A stretch of DNA of 64,000 nt from Dehalococcoidia bacterium (GTDB lineage: Bacteria > Chloroflexota > Dehalococcoidia > CAUJGQ01): contig DATGEL010000120.1 of assembly GCA_035310145.1 (NCBI GenBank), positions 21,479 to 85,478 of the forward strand, given 5' to 3'. Below the pieces are notes generated by a model. The model saw only the letters and a list, made by a program, of their open reading frames with translations, made no database searches and was not told the origin of the DNA. This document shows positions 51,944-63,525 of this stretch, piece after piece. The translations under genes were made by a program, and so were the position numbers. The stretch's first letter is position 1, and the number at the start of each line of letters is the position of its first letter.

Positions 51944-54900
51944 GCGCCCGCGTCCCCTGCGGGCGGCTCGCAGGGCAGGCGTAGCGTGGCCGTCGTTCCG
52001 TGGCCCTCGCTGCTTTCGAATTCGAGCGTCCCGCCGTGCTCATCGACGATCTGCTTGGCCGCGGCCAGGCCCACGCCGACCCCGCGGATGCGGCCCACCA
52101 CGTTGCTGCCGCGATGAAAGCGCTCGAACAGCCGGGGCAAATCGGCGGCGGGGATACCGACGCCATGATCGGCAATGGTGATCCGCGCCCAGCGGCTGCC
52201 GGCGCGCGTCTCGGCCGCGAGCGTCACCTGCACATCGCCGCCGGCGGGGCTGTACTTGACGGCGTTGCCGAGCAGGTTGCCAATCACCCGTTCCAGCCGG
52301 CCCGCATCCCAGACGCCCTCGAGCGACGGCTGCTGGAGGTCGAGCAGGATGCGATGGTGCGGCGCCGCCTGCTGCTGTTCGGCCACGAGTTGGCAAAGGA
52401 GCGCGGCGAGGTCGTGCGGCTTCCGCTCCAGCTCGAGCGAGCGCCCACTCTCCAGACGCGCCAGGTCGAGCACGCCGTTGAGCATCGAGGCCATGCGGCC
52501 GGCGGCGCTGTCGGCCAGCTCCAGGCGCTCCCCGAGCCGCTCGGCTTCCGGCGTGGCCATCCGCGCGGCCTGGCGCCTGGTGAGCTGCACGAGGCCGCGC
52601 ACGGTCGTCAGCGGCGTACGCAGATCGTGCGAAACCGCGGCGAGAAACTCGCCTCGCACGCGCATTGCCTCTTGCGTCTCGGCCAGGGCGCGGTCGCGGG
52701 CCTCGGCGGTCTCCCGCAGTGCCGCGTTGAGGGCGATGTGCGCCTTCACCTGCTCCCGCAGCGCCGCCGCTGCCCGCGCCCGCTCCACCGCGGCCCACGT
52801 GCGCTCCGCCGTCTCCTCGATCAGCGAAATCTCGCCTGGCGACCAGTCCCGCACCGTCGACTGGTGCACGCTGAGGAACGCGACGAGTTGATCGTCCTTC
52901 AGCAGCGGGACACTGATGTTTGCCCGGATGTTGACGGCCTCGAACGCCGCCCGCTCCGCCGGCGTCAGGTGCGGTAGCCTGGCGTAATCACCAAAGATGA
53001 GCGTGCGGCCGGCATGGAGCGTCTCTGCGACGATGCGGCCGAAGTCTCTGAGCCGGGAGCGGCCGATAACCGAAGGCACGCCGACGCGGACGTAATTCGC
53101 CTCCACAACGGCGGTTTGGCCGTTATCGCCGATCTCGGCGTAGAGCACCCGGCTGGCGCCGAGGTGCTCGCCCAGCAGCCGCGTCGCCGCCGTCTGAATC
53201 TGGTCTGGATGGGCGAGCGGCCGCAGCGCGTCGGCGAGCCTGACGCGAAACGCGTCTCGGGAAGCGGCCGTGGCCACCGCTTCCTCCGCCTGCTTGCGAG
53301 CGGTGACATCCTGGGTAACGCCGATCAGCCGCAGCGGCGCGCCGTCGGCGCCCCGGACAACCTGGCCGGTCGACTCCAGCCAGAGCACAGCGTCGGTCCG
53401 CCGATTGTGAAAACGACTCTCGATGTGGAGGTTGCCGTCGCCCGCGATCGCCTCCGCGATCGCTTGTTGCTGAGCGGAGGCGTCCTCAGGCTCCGAAAAG
53501 GTGCGGATCGCCTCGCTCATGGGCATCGGAAAGCAGTCCGCGGGATAGCCGAGCGTCTCCGCGAAGCTGGGGGCGACCGCTGTCACGCCGGTGCGCAGGT
53601 CCACTTCCCACGCAGAGATCCTGGCCGCCTGCGTCGCCCGGCGCAGACGCTCCTCCGACTCGCGCAGTTTGGCAGCGGCTTCATCCCGCACGCGCGCCAG
53701 TTCCAGGTGGGCGCCAACACGGGCGATCAGCTCCCGTGCCGAGAAGGGCTTCACCAGGTAGTCGTCGGCGCCTGCCTCGAGTCCTTCAACGCGCGCCTCC
53801 TCGCCGGCGCGTGCCGAGAGCAGCAGAACGGGTACGTGGGCCGTGCCCGGCTCCGCACGCAGCGCCTGCAGCAGCCCAAAGCCATCGAGCTTCGGCATCA
53901 TTACGTCGCTGATCACCAGGTCGGGGCGGCGCTCCCGCGCCGCGGCCAGCGCCGCCGCGCCGTCGGCCACGGCCTCGACCGTCCAGCGCTGCCGCAGCAG
54001 GCGGGCCAGGTACTCGCGCATGTCGGCGTTGTCGTCGGCAAGCAGAATGCGGGCATGACGGCCGTCGAATGGGAACGTAGCGCCGGCGCCGGCCGGCGTG
54101 TCCATCGCACTCGGATCGAACGGGTCCGGACCTGAGGCAGGCGCATCCGGCAGCCGGCGCAGCGCCTCCTCCACGTACGCGCTGGCGCCGATGGCGGTGG
54201 AGGCCAGCGTGCGGGCCGCGCAGATCTGGTCGTCGGGCAGGTGCGCCGTGCCGGCGGGAACCGTCACCGTGAACGTGGCGCCCTGACCGGGCGCACTCTC
54301 AACCGCGATCGTGCCGCCGTGTAGCTGTACCAACTCCCGCGCGAGCACCAGCCCGATGCCCGTGCCCTCCTGCGTGCGTGCCTCGCTGCCGCGCACGCGG
54401 TAGAAGCGCTCGAAGAGGTGGGGCGTGGCCTCCGCGGGAACGCCGACGCCGGTATCGCGCACGGTGAGGACAGCGCGATCGCCGGCCCGGTGCACGCCAA
54501 CCGCGATCTCGCCCCTAAGCGTGAACTTGAACGCATTCGAGATCAGATTGAGGACGATCTTCTCCCACAGCTCGCGATCGACGTAGACCGCCTGAGGCAA
54601 TGGCGGGCAATCCACGATCAGGCGCAGGCCGGCCCGCTCGATCGCGGAGCGGAAGACACTGGCGAGGTCGGCGGTGAGTGCCGCCAGGTCGGTGGGTTCG
54701 TAGCTCGCCTCCATCCGCCCGGCCTCGATGCGCGATAAGTCGAGCAGCATGTTCACCAGCTTGAGCAGCCGCTGCCCGTTGCGCTGCGCCACGTCCAGCT
54801 CCCGCCGCACATCCGCGGGAAGCTCGCCGTGCGCGTTGTGCAGCACGTCTGCGAGCGGGCCGAGGAGCAGGGTGAGCGGTGGTGCGGAACTCGTGACTGA

Positions 54901-55990
54901 CGTTGCTGAAGAAGGCCGTCTTGGCGCGGTCCAGCTCGGCCAGGCTCTCGGCCCGCCGCCGCTCCGCGTCGTACGCCTCGGCGTTGGCGATATTGGCGGC
55001 GAGCTGCGAGGCGACCATCGCCAGGAAACCGCGATAGCCTTCGTCAAAGGCGCGGTAAGGGTTCAACCCGGCGACCAGGAGGGCTGCCTGCCCCCGGCCC
55101 CCCGCAGGCACCACCGGCAGGACCGCTGCCTGCGCGGGCGGCCGGTCCCACGGTCCGGCCGGCAGGGAAGCGACCCGCTCCGTGAGGTCGGAGACGATCT
55201 GGATCTGGTTGCGCTCGAGCACCCGGGCCAGCGGCCACAGCGAACCGTCATTCAGGGCAACGAGCAGCGGCGCAGCGGGATGGCCCGGGCCGATGCCCGC
55301 CGCGCCGGCCAGCTCCAGCCGCTGTCCTTCCGGGTCGACGACGTAGAGCATGGCGAACGGCAGATCGCGCGCGTCGGTGCTCAGGCACGCCGCACTGAGA
55401 CGGCACGCCTCTTGCCGCGTACGCGCGTCGGCCGTGGTGGCTCCAAGCTGGCGCAGCACGGCCATCTGCCGTTCGCTGATGATGCGCGGCGTCTCCTCGG
55501 TGTTGGCGCAGATGATACCGCCGCTGCCACCGCGGTCGTTCGGCACCGGGCTGTAGGAGAAGGTTTAGTACGTCTCTTCCGGATAGCCATTGCGCTGCAT
55601 GATCAGCAGCAGGGCCTCGTCGTAGGTGCCCTCGTTGCGCTGCAGCGCCGATGCCGCGCGCGGTCCCACCTGATCCCAGATCTCGTGCCAGACCTGGGAC
55701 GCCGGCTGCCCCAATGCCAGCGGATGTTTGCCCTGCAGGATGGTCGTATACGCGTCGTTGTAGAGATTGATGAGGTCGTCGCCCCACCAGACGAACATCG
55801 GCTGACGCGAGGTCAGCATGATGCGCACGCAGGTCTTGAGGCTCTGCGGCCAGTGCTCGACCGGTCCCAGCGGCGTCGCGGCCCAGTCGCGGCCGCGCAT
55901 CAGCGCCGCCAGTTCGCCGTCGCCGGGGAAGGTCTCGCTCAGCCCGGGCGCATCAGACCCGCCCGCCGTCGTTTCCGCGCGACGACGCAT
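51940..55990 (-). pseudogene. large PAS-GAF-HisKA/HATPase-REC-PAS-GAF-HisKA/HATPase hybrid sensor kinase, disrupted by in-frame TAA (55565-55567) and a 1-nt frameshift inside the first H-box (~54865)
   Basis: ORFs 55565-55990 (PAS) and 54515-55546 (GAF..SNVSHEFRTT) share a frame split by TAA; the H-box continues in another frame (..PLTLLLGPLADVL) as ORF 51940-55047. Deleting one nt from CGCACCACCGCTC restores SHEFRTPLTLL. Confidence 0.5.
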
Positions 55991-56160
55991 GGCCTATTCC
56001 TCGGAGGTGCGGCTGCCGGCGATGCCCGGCTGCCCCGATTGTAAGTTCCCTGAAGCAGTGTCGAGGCACAATACTCCCATCTGCTGGCGTCTGGACCAGG
56101 TCGGAGCGCGGTAACGCGGTTGCGGGGCTTGACGGCGTGCGGTACCATAGATCGGAGCGT

Positions 56161-56234
56161 TGGGGATTCGTCTAACGGTAGGACAGCGGACTCTGGCTCC
56201 GTATGTGGGGGTTCGAATCCTCCATCCCCAGCCA
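56161..56234 (+). tRNA. tRNA-Gln (anticodon CUG)
   Basis: Hand-folded: acceptor TGGGGAT/ATCCCCA, anticodon stem GCGGA/TCCGT with loop CTCTGGC, T-arm GGGGGTTCGAATCCTCC, 3' GCCA. Confidence 0.8.
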
Positions 56235-56237
56235 CGG

Positions 56238-56314
56238 GGCGCATTCGTCTAGCGGCCCAGGACGCCGCCCTCTCAAGGCGGAGATCAGGGGTTCGAATCC
56301 CCTATGCGCTACCA
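56238..56314 (+). tRNA. tRNA-Glu (anticodon CUC)
   Basis: Acceptor GGCGCAT/ATGCGCT, anticodon stem CCGCC/GGCGG with loop CTCTCAA, T-arm AGGGGTTCGAATCCCCT, encoded CCA; 3 nt after tRNA-Gln. Confidence 0.8.
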
Positions 56315-56315
56315 C

Positions 56316-56346
56316 GGGGCCGGAACTGCCGGCCCCGTTCTTTTTC
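56316..56346 (+). terminator. intrinsic terminator after the tRNA-Gln/Glu pair
   Basis: GGGGCCGG-aacug-CCGGCCCC followed by GUUCUUUUUCUC. Confidence 0.6.
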
Positions 56347-56403
56347 TCGCGGTTCCCGCCGCCCCGGCGCCGCCCGTACGTGCCGGGCGAGGGCGATGCG
56401 TCT

Positions 56404-57753
56404 ATGGTTCGCGCCGAGCCCAGCCCACGCCTCACCGCAAACCTCCGCTTTCGACGCTTCTGGGCGGGGCGGCTGTTCGCCAACACGGCGCAAAACGCGA
56501 TCCTGCTGGCTCTGCTCGTCACCGTCGTCAACCGCACCGGCTCGACGATCCACAGCTCGCTGCTCGTGCTGAGCTTCATTGTGCCGGCGGCGGCGCTGGG
56601 CGTGATCGGTGGAGTGGCCGTAGATCACCTGCCCCGCCGCGGCGTAATCGTGTGCAGTTGCCTGCTGCGGGCGCTGCTCTGCGTCGGCTTCCTGCGCTCG
56701 AATGAAAGCGTCTGGATGATCTACGGCGTTAATCTCGCGCTCTCGGCCGTGACGCAGTTCTCCGGCCCGGCCGAATCGGCGGTGGTGCCGCAGCTCGTGC
56801 CGCAGGAGCAGATCGCTTCGGCCACGGCGCTGCTCAACATCGGCATCATCCTGGCGCAGATCGCGGGCACGGTCATCCTGGCGCCGCTCTTCCTGAAGAC
56901 CGTCGGTCCCGATCCGTTGTTCGTGCTCACGATCGTGCTCTTTCTCGCCGCCGCCTTCAGCTATGCCCGCATGCCGCGCCTGGCCCGGCCGCCGAAGGGC
57001 TGGATGCGCGAACACGCCGAGCCGCGCTACCGCGGCCTGCGCGCGTCCGCCGGCGAAAGCTGGCGGCTGCTGCGGTCCAATCGCTCGGTCTTCCTTGCCG
57101 GCGTGCAAAACACCCTGGTGACGACCACCATCGTGGTGCTCGTCTCGGTGTTGCCGAACTACACCCGCCAGGTATTGCACCTCTCGGCGGAGAACGCCGT
57201 CTTTGTCTTCGCGCCGGCCGCGCTGGGCGTGGCCGCCGGCAACTGGCTGGTGCCGAAGCTGGCGCGGGGCCGCGGCAAGAGCCTGCTCGGCGGCATCGGC
57301 TTCGCGCTGTTCCTGCTTTGCCTGATCGGCCTCGGACTCGGCGATCCGCTGGTGCACGCGATGAAGCATCGCGGCGTGTTCGGGCCGCTGGGTCACGCCG
57401 CGCCGGGCTTCTTCTACTCGACCGCGGCCTTCTCTGCCCTGATGGCCGCGCCGCTCGGCTTCACCTACGCGGTCGTGCTCGTCGCGGCACGGCTGATCAC
57501 CTACGAGCACGTGCCCGCGCACATGCAGGGACGCATCTTCGCCTTCCAGGGCGTGCTCAGCAGCCTTGCCTCGATCGTGCCGCTGCTGCTCGTCGGGGCC
57601 GCCAGCGCCCTCTTCGGTCCGAGGGTCGTCCTCGTACTGGTGGCCGCGGCCAACCTCATCGCCTTCTTCTACGCGCGTGCGACCCTGCCGCGCGGGCGCG
57701 CGGCGCGTGGGGAAGCGCCGCTGCCCGTGGCGCCGTCGGCGGCACGACACTGA
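56404..57753 (+). CDS. MFS transporter
   Basis: ~449 aa, 12-TM predicted; start placed at internal Met after tRNA terminator. Confidence 0.75.
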   Translation: MVRAEPSPRLTANLRFRRFWAGRLFANTAQNAILLALLVTVVNRTGSTIHSSLLVLSFIVPAAALGVIGGVAVDHLPRRGVIVCSCLLRALLCVGFLRSNESVWMIYGVNLALSAVTQFSGPAESAVVPQLVPQEQIASATALLNIGIILAQIAGTVILAPLFLKTVGPDPLFVLTIVLFLAAAFSYARMPRLARPPKGWMREHAEPRYRGLRASAGESWRLLRSNRSVFLAGVQNTLVTTTIVVLVSVLPNYTRQVLHLSAENAVFVFAPAALGVAAGNWLVPKLARGRGKSLLGGIGFALFLLCLIGLGLGDPLVHAMKHRGVFGPLGHAAPGFFYSTAAFSALMAAPLGFTYAVVLVAARLITYEHVPAHMQGRIFAFQGVLSSLASIVPLLLVGAASALFGPRVVLVLVAAANLIAFFYARATLPRGRAARGEAPLPVAPSAARH

Positions 57754-57927
57754 TCCGCTAAGCCGTAAGCGGGGCCATCGTGCTGTGCGCCGCGCTGCTG
57801 CGCCGGCTCGCACGCGTGTGCTACGATCGTGCTCGTCCTCAGCGGTTCCGGGGCCCGCGGCGGTACGGCGAACAGCGCCCGCGCACAGGGCCGACAGCAA
57901 GTTTTGCAGGCGTGGGAGCAATCAGGC

Positions 57928-59601
57928 GTGACCGAGACGATCCTCGTCGCCGTCGCCTGGCCATACGCCAACGGGCCGGTCCACCAGGGCCAGTTCGGCG
58001 GTGCCTATCTGCCGGCCGACATCTTCGCTCGCTACCACCGCACGGCCGGCAACCGGGTGCTGATGGTCTCGGGCAGCGACATGCACGGCACGCCGATCAC
58101 GGTCCGCGCCGAGCGCGAGGGGCGCTCGCCCGAGGCCGTCGCCGAGGAGTTCCACGCCTCGTTCCTGGACACCTGGCAGCGGATGGGCATCTCCTTCGAC
58201 CTGTTCACCAGCACCGGCACGGCGAACCACGCCCGCGTCAGCCAGGACGTCTTCCTGCGCCTGCTGGAACAGGGCTACCTCTACGAGCAGGAGCAGGAGC
58301 TGTTCTACTGCGAGACGGACCGGCGCTTTTTGCTCGACCGTTACGTGGAGGGCATCTGCCCCTTCTGCGGCTACGAGCCGGCGCGCGGCGACCAGTGCGA
58401 CAACTGCGGCCGGCCGCAGGACCCGCTCAAGCTGATCAATCCGCGCTGCAAGTTCTGCGGCAACGTGCCGGTGGTGCGCAATTCGAAGCACATGTTCCTG
58501 CGCCTCTCCGCCTTTCAGGATCGCCTCCGCGCCTGGCTGGACGACGGCGTGAAGGAGACCTACTGGCGCAAGAACGTGCTGAACTTCTCGCTCGGCATGC
58601 TGAACGAGGGGCTGCACGACAACGCGATCACACGCGATCTTGACTGGGGAGTGCGCGTGCCGCTGGAGGGGTGGGAGCAGAAGCGCATCTACGTCTGGTT
58701 CGAGGCGGTGATCGGCTATCTTTCCGCCGCCAGGGAGTGGGCGCAGATCCAGGGCGCACCCGACGCCTGGAAGGACTGGTGGGAAGACCCGGCGGCGAAG
58801 ACCTATTACTTCATCGGCAAGGACAACATCTGGTTTCACGCCACGATCTGGCCGGCGATGCTGATGGGCCACGGCGGCCTGAACCTGCCGTACGATGTGC
58901 CGGCCAACCAGTACATCAATATCAGCGGCCGCAAGTCGTCGACCAGCCAGAACTGGGCGGTGTGGGTGCCGGACTACCTCACCCGCTACGACCCGGACCC
59001 GCTGCGTTACTATCTCTCGGCGGCGATGCCGGAGACCTCTGACACCGATTTCACCTGGGCCGAGTTCCTTCGCCGCAACAACGACGAGCTGGTGGCGACC
59101 TGGGGCAACCTAGTGAACCGCGTGCTGACGCAGTTCCCGCGCCACTTCGAAGGGCGCGTGCCGCGACCGGACGCGCTCGACGGCCGCGCCGGCGCCCTGA
59201 TCGAACGCTGCCAGCAGACGCTCGAAACCGCGGGGCGTGAGCTGGCGGCCTGCCGCTTCCGCGCCGGCATCGGCGCGGGCATGGAGCTGGCGCGCGAGGC
59301 GAACCGCTTCCTGGACGAGACCGCGCCCTGGAAGGCGATTCGGGAAGACCGCCAGGCGGCGGCAAACGCGCTGTACGCCGCGCTCAGCGTGATCGCTACG
59401 CTGCGCACGGCCCTCTATCCCTACCTGCCCTTCTCCGCTGAGAAACTGAACCGGCTACTGGGCGAGACGCGGCCCGTGCGGGAACTGGGCTGGGGGCTGA
59501 CCGTTCCCGAGCCGGAGCGGCCGCTGCCGCCCCCCGAGCCGCTCTTCCGCAAGCTCGACCCATCGATCGTCGACGAGGAGGAGGCGCGGCTGGGCACGTG
59601 A
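57928..59601 (+). CDS. metG: methionine--tRNA ligase
   Basis: ..VAVAWPYANGPVHQGQ (HIGH-type), CPFCGYEPARGDQCDNCG zinc knuckle, KSSTS (KMSKS); GTG start after GGGAG. Confidence 0.9.
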   Translation: MTETILVAVAWPYANGPVHQGQFGGAYLPADIFARYHRTAGNRVLMVSGSDMHGTPITVRAEREGRSPEAVAEEFHASFLDTWQRMGISFDLFTSTGTANHARVSQDVFLRLLEQGYLYEQEQELFYCETDRRFLLDRYVEGICPFCGYEPARGDQCDNCGRPQDPLKLINPRCKFCGNVPVVRNSKHMFLRLSAFQDRLRAWLDDGVKETYWRKNVLNFSLGMLNEGLHDNAITRDLDWGVRVPLEGWEQKRIYVWFEAVIGYLSAAREWAQIQGAPDAWKDWWEDPAAKTYYFIGKDNIWFHATIWPAMLMGHGGLNLPYDVPANQYINISGRKSSTSQNWAVWVPDYLTRYDPDPLRYYLSAAMPETSDTDFTWAEFLRRNNDELVATWGNLVNRVLTQFPRHFEGRVPRPDALDGRAGALIERCQQTLETAGRELAACRFRAGIGAGMELAREANRFLDETAPWKAIREDRQAAANALYAALSVIATLRTALYPYLPFSAEKLNRLLGETRPVRELGWGLTVPEPERPLPPPEPLFRKLDPSIVDEEEARLGT

Positions 59602-60437
59602 ACGCGCAGCAAGGCGCCTCCCTGATCGACGCGCATGCGCACATCCAGGCCCGGCAGTTCGACGCCGACCGCCAGGAGATGCTTACTCGCGCCCGCGCCG
59701 CCGGCGTCGGCGCGATCGTCTGCTCCGCAGACGACGAGGCCTCGAGCCGTGCCGCCGTGGCACTGGCGGAGGCCCAGCCGGATGTGTGGGCGACGGTCGG
59801 CGTCCATCCGCACGAGGCGAAGCGTGCAAATGCCGGCACGTTCGCGCGGCTGGCGGAGCTCGCCCGGCATCCGCGCGTCGTGGCGATCGGCGAGATTGGG
59901 CTGGATTACCATTACGACCACTCGCCGCGTGACGTGCAACGCGCCGTCTTTGAGACGCAACTTGGGCTGGCGGCCTCTCTCGGCCTGCCCGTGGTGATCC
60001 ACTCGCGCGAGGCGGCCGAGGATACGTTTGCCGTGCTGTCCGCGTGGCGGCGCGGCGCGAACGTGGCCGCGGCGCCTGCTGGGCTCCTGCACTGCTTTGC
60101 CTACGATACGGAATGGGCCGGGCGCTTTCTGGAGCTGGGTTTCTCTCTCTCGCTTCCGGGAACGGTCACATATCCGAAGGCCGAATCGTCTCAACTCGTG
60201 GCAGCGATGCTGCCCGACGAACGCTTCACCGTCGAAACGGATTGCCCGTCCCTGGCGCCGCAGTCGCGCCGCGGCCGGCGCAATGAGCCGGCCTATCTGC
60301 CGGAGACCGTGGCGAAGATCGCCGCCCTGCGGGGGGTGGACGCGGCCGCACTGGGCGCACGGGCTGCGGAGAACGCGAGACAGCTGTTCCGGCTGCCCGC
60401 AGCGGCGACCACCGCTGCGGCGAAGGGGACGACGTGA
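59598..60437 (+). CDS. tatD: TatD family deoxyribonuclease/hydrolase
   Basis: IDAHAHI..GEIGLDYHY..VIHSREA.. motifs; GTGA overlap with metG. Confidence 0.85.
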   Translation: MNAQQGASLIDAHAHIQARQFDADRQEMLTRARAAGVGAIVCSADDEASSRAAVALAEAQPDVWATVGVHPHEAKRANAGTFARLAELARHPRVVAIGEIGLDYHYDHSPRDVQRAVFETQLGLAASLGLPVVIHSREAAEDTFAVLSAWRRGANVAAAPAGLLHCFAYDTEWAGRFLELGFSLSLPGTVTYPKAESSQLVAAMLPDERFTVETDCPSLAPQSRRGRRNEPAYLPETVAKIAALRGVDAAALGARAAENARQLFRLPAAATTAAAKGTT

Positions 60438-61405
60438 CCACGGCAACGATGCTCTATGGCCCGGTAACGGCCGACCTCTCGCTGGTTGAGGCAGCGCTGG
60501 CGCGGGTTCGCGAGGTCGAGTACGAACCGCTGCGGCGCATGCTCGACCACATCCTCGCCGGCGGCGGCAAGCGCGTGCGGCCGGCGCTGGCGCTGCTTGC
60601 GGGCAACTTCGGCAGCTACGATCTGGCGAAGCTGGCGCCGCTGGCCGCCTCGATCGAGCTGCTGCACACGGCCACGCTGGTACACGATGACGTGATCGAC
60701 AAATCGCCGCTGCGCCGTGGCCTGCCCACCGCGCACAGCCTGTTCGGCAATTCGGCGAGCGTGATGGTCGGCGATTTCATGTTCGCCCACGCGGCCGACC
60801 TGGTGGCGAGCACCGACAGCGTGCCGGTGGTGCGCCTCTTCGCCCGTACGATTATGTCGCTGGCCACGGGCGAGCTGGCGCAGGACGTGAGCGCCTTCGA
60901 CTACCGCAAGACGTTGCAGGAATACTTCGCGCGCATCGGCGGTAAGACGGCGTCGCTGTTCGCCGCGGCGACGGAGGGCGGCGCGCTGATCGCGGGCTGC
61001 GCTCCGGGCTGGGTCGAGGCGCTGCGCGACTACGGCTTCAACTACGGCATGGCCTTCCAGATCGTGGACGATATTCTCGACTTCACCGGCAGCGAGGCGG
61101 CGCTGGGCAAGCCCGCCGGCAGCGATCTGCTCTCCGGCACGCTGACACTGCCCTCACTGCTGCTGATGGAACGCGCCGGCGCCAACAACCCGGTGCGGCG
61201 CTTCTTCCTCGCCCGCCGCAACCGAGAGCAGAGGCTGGCCGAGGTGCTGGAGGCGATCCGCGGCTCCGGCGCGCTGGCAGAGTCCGCCGCCGTGGCACGC
61301 GATTTTGCCAACCGCGCCCTCGCCGCATTGGACCCACTGCCCGTGGGCCCGGCACGCGTCGCGCTCGCCGACCTTGCCGAGTTCGTGCTTTCGCGCGGCA
61401 GTTAG
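60434..61405 (+). CDS. polyprenyl diphosphate synthase (trans-IPPS, IspB/HepT-like)
   Basis: First DDxxD (LVHDDVID) and second D-rich motif (QIVDDILD). Confidence 0.85.
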   Translation: MTTATMLYGPVTADLSLVEAALARVREVEYEPLRRMLDHILAGGGKRVRPALALLAGNFGSYDLAKLAPLAASIELLHTATLVHDDVIDKSPLRRGLPTAHSLFGNSASVMVGDFMFAHAADLVASTDSVPVVRLFARTIMSLATGELAQDVSAFDYRKTLQEYFARIGGKTASLFAAATEGGALIAGCAPGWVEALRDYGFNYGMAFQIVDDILDFTGSEAALGKPAGSDLLSGTLTLPSLLLMERAGANNPVRRFFLARRNREQRLAEVLEAIRGSGALAESAAVARDFANRALAALDPLPVGPARVALADLAEFVLSRGS

Positions 61406-61833
61406 AGGGCGTCGGCCGTCTTCTTGCCTTCGGCCTGCATCTTCTCGTAGGCCTGGATCGCCGCCTGGCGCTCGCGCTCCTCCGCCGCCTTCTGCTCGGC
61501 CTGCAAGCGGGCGACTTCGCGCTTGTCCGCGACGTCTCCCTTCAGCGGCTTCGGCGGCGGGATCGGCTTGTTGATCTCTGGATGCTCGTTCGGGCGCACC
61601 GGCCCGGTGACGAGGTTCTTGACCTCTTTGCCAAGATGCCAGTAGGTGCCCTTGTCCGGAATGCGCCGCGGGTAGCCGTCACGGAAGGTGAAGGCGTTGA
61701 ACGAGGTCGGCATCACCCGGCGCGCGTCGCGGCTGCAGACCGGGCACGAGGCCGGATCGGACGACTCGCGGATCGAGCGCAGCAGCTCGAAGACGCCGTC
61801 GCAAGGCTCGCAGTAAAACTCATAGAGCGGCAT
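61402..61833 (-). CDS. FmdB family zinc-ribbon protein with Lys/Glu-rich C-terminal tail
   Basis: MPLYEFYCEPCDGVFELL..CPVC; start overlaps recO stop. Confidence 0.6.
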   Translation of the reverse strand: MPLYEFYCEPCDGVFELLRSIRESSDPASCPVCSRDARRVMPTSFNAFTFRDGYPRRIPDKGTYWHLGKEVKNLVTGPVRPNEHPEINKPIPPPKPLKGDVADKREVARLQAEQKAAEERERQAAIQAYEKMQAEGKKTADAL

Positions 61834-61901
61834 ACACCTTCCCCCGAAACGCTGTTCACCGCCCGGTCCACGCGAACCCACGGCCGGCGCGGCACATGCT
61901 A

Positions 61902-62741
61902 TCACGCGCCTCCGCGCGCGGCCAACGCCGGGGTGGCCGGCTCGAGCTCCAGGTGCTTCGGCCGGCCCGCTGGCGTGTCGCGGCGCAGCGCGTCGACAAA
62001 GACGACCGAGCGCGGCGTCGCCTCCAGCACGTAGCGGATGTAGCCGCGCAGCAGCAGCTCGATCTCGGAAAGCAGCTCGGCCGAAAGCCGCAGCCCCGCG
62101 GCCGTGGTCCAGTCGCCGCGCTGCAGCAGGCGCAAGATCTTGAGCGCATTGACGCTCAGCGGCCAGAGACCGGGCTGAGCGGCGCGGCAGGCCGGGCAGA
62201 CCACGCCGCCGAGCGCCGGCCCGAAGGCGTTGGTCACGGGCGTGAGGGGCCCGGAGCAGACGACGCAGCGGTCGAGTTGCGGCCGGTAGCCGACGAACGC
62301 GAGCAGATGCAGCTCGAACAGGCGCACGGCGAGATCCGCCGAATCGGCGGGCGTGGCCAGGCGGCGCAACGTCTCGGCCAGCAGGCGGAAGACCGGGTAG
62401 TTCTCCGAGCGTGGCTCGCTGAAGCGATCGACCAGCTCGGCGGCGTAGATGCCGCGCGCCAGCCGCTGCAGGTCCTCACGCAAGGGCATGAAGCTCTCGA
62501 CCGTCTCGCTCTGCGTGACGATGTCCAGGTTCTGCCCATGCGCCAGCAGCAGCGTGCTCCAGGTCAGCGGCTCCAGGTGGCCGGCCTTGCGGCTGGTCTG
62601 GCGGCGCACGCCCTTCGCCACGGCCTCGATCTTGCCAAGCTGCGGCGAATAGAGCGTGACGATGCGATCCGCCTCGCCGAGCTTGCGCTGGCGCAGGACG
62701 ATCGCCTCGGTGCGGTAGACACGGGGGATGCGTGCGGGCAC
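61902..62741 (-). CDS. recO: DNA repair protein RecO
   Basis: N-terminal OB-fold (..RTEAIVLRQRKLGEADRIVTLY..) and Cys4 zinc motif (CVVCSGP..CPAC). Confidence 0.85.
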   Translation of the reverse strand: MPARIPRVYRTEAIVLRQRKLGEADRIVTLYSPQLGKIEAVAKGVRRQTSRKAGHLEPLTWSTLLLAHGQNLDIVTQSETVESFMPLREDLQRLARGIYAAELVDRFSEPRSENYPVFRLLAETLRRLATPADSADLAVRLFELHLLAFVGYRPQLDRCVVCSGPLTPVTNAFGPALGGVVCPACRAAQPGLWPLSVNALKILRLLQRGDWTTAAGLRLSAELLSEIELLLRGYIRYVLEATPRSVVFVDALRRDTPAGRPKHLELEPATPALAARGGA

Positions 62742-62791
62742 GGCGCTGAATCCACTTTCCGACGGGTGCTGACGCGCCCGTGTGAGGAGGG

Positions 62792-63403
<612 letters not shown>

Positions 63404-63525
63404 CCCCGATCACCTCATCACTGCTCCCGGTAATTATAGCAAAATTGCTTACACGCCGTCTCAGATACGGCGGGTGACAGCAGCGTCGATTGCCGGCCTG
63501 ATCTCGCCCGCGACCCGGCGGTGCT

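Noticed and set aside
49616-52117. 833-aa plus-strand ORF spanning trpB2, the T-box leader and the response regulator
   Set aside because: Antisense to several well-supported minus-strand features; Arg/Ala/Gly-rich composition typical of high-GC shadow frames.
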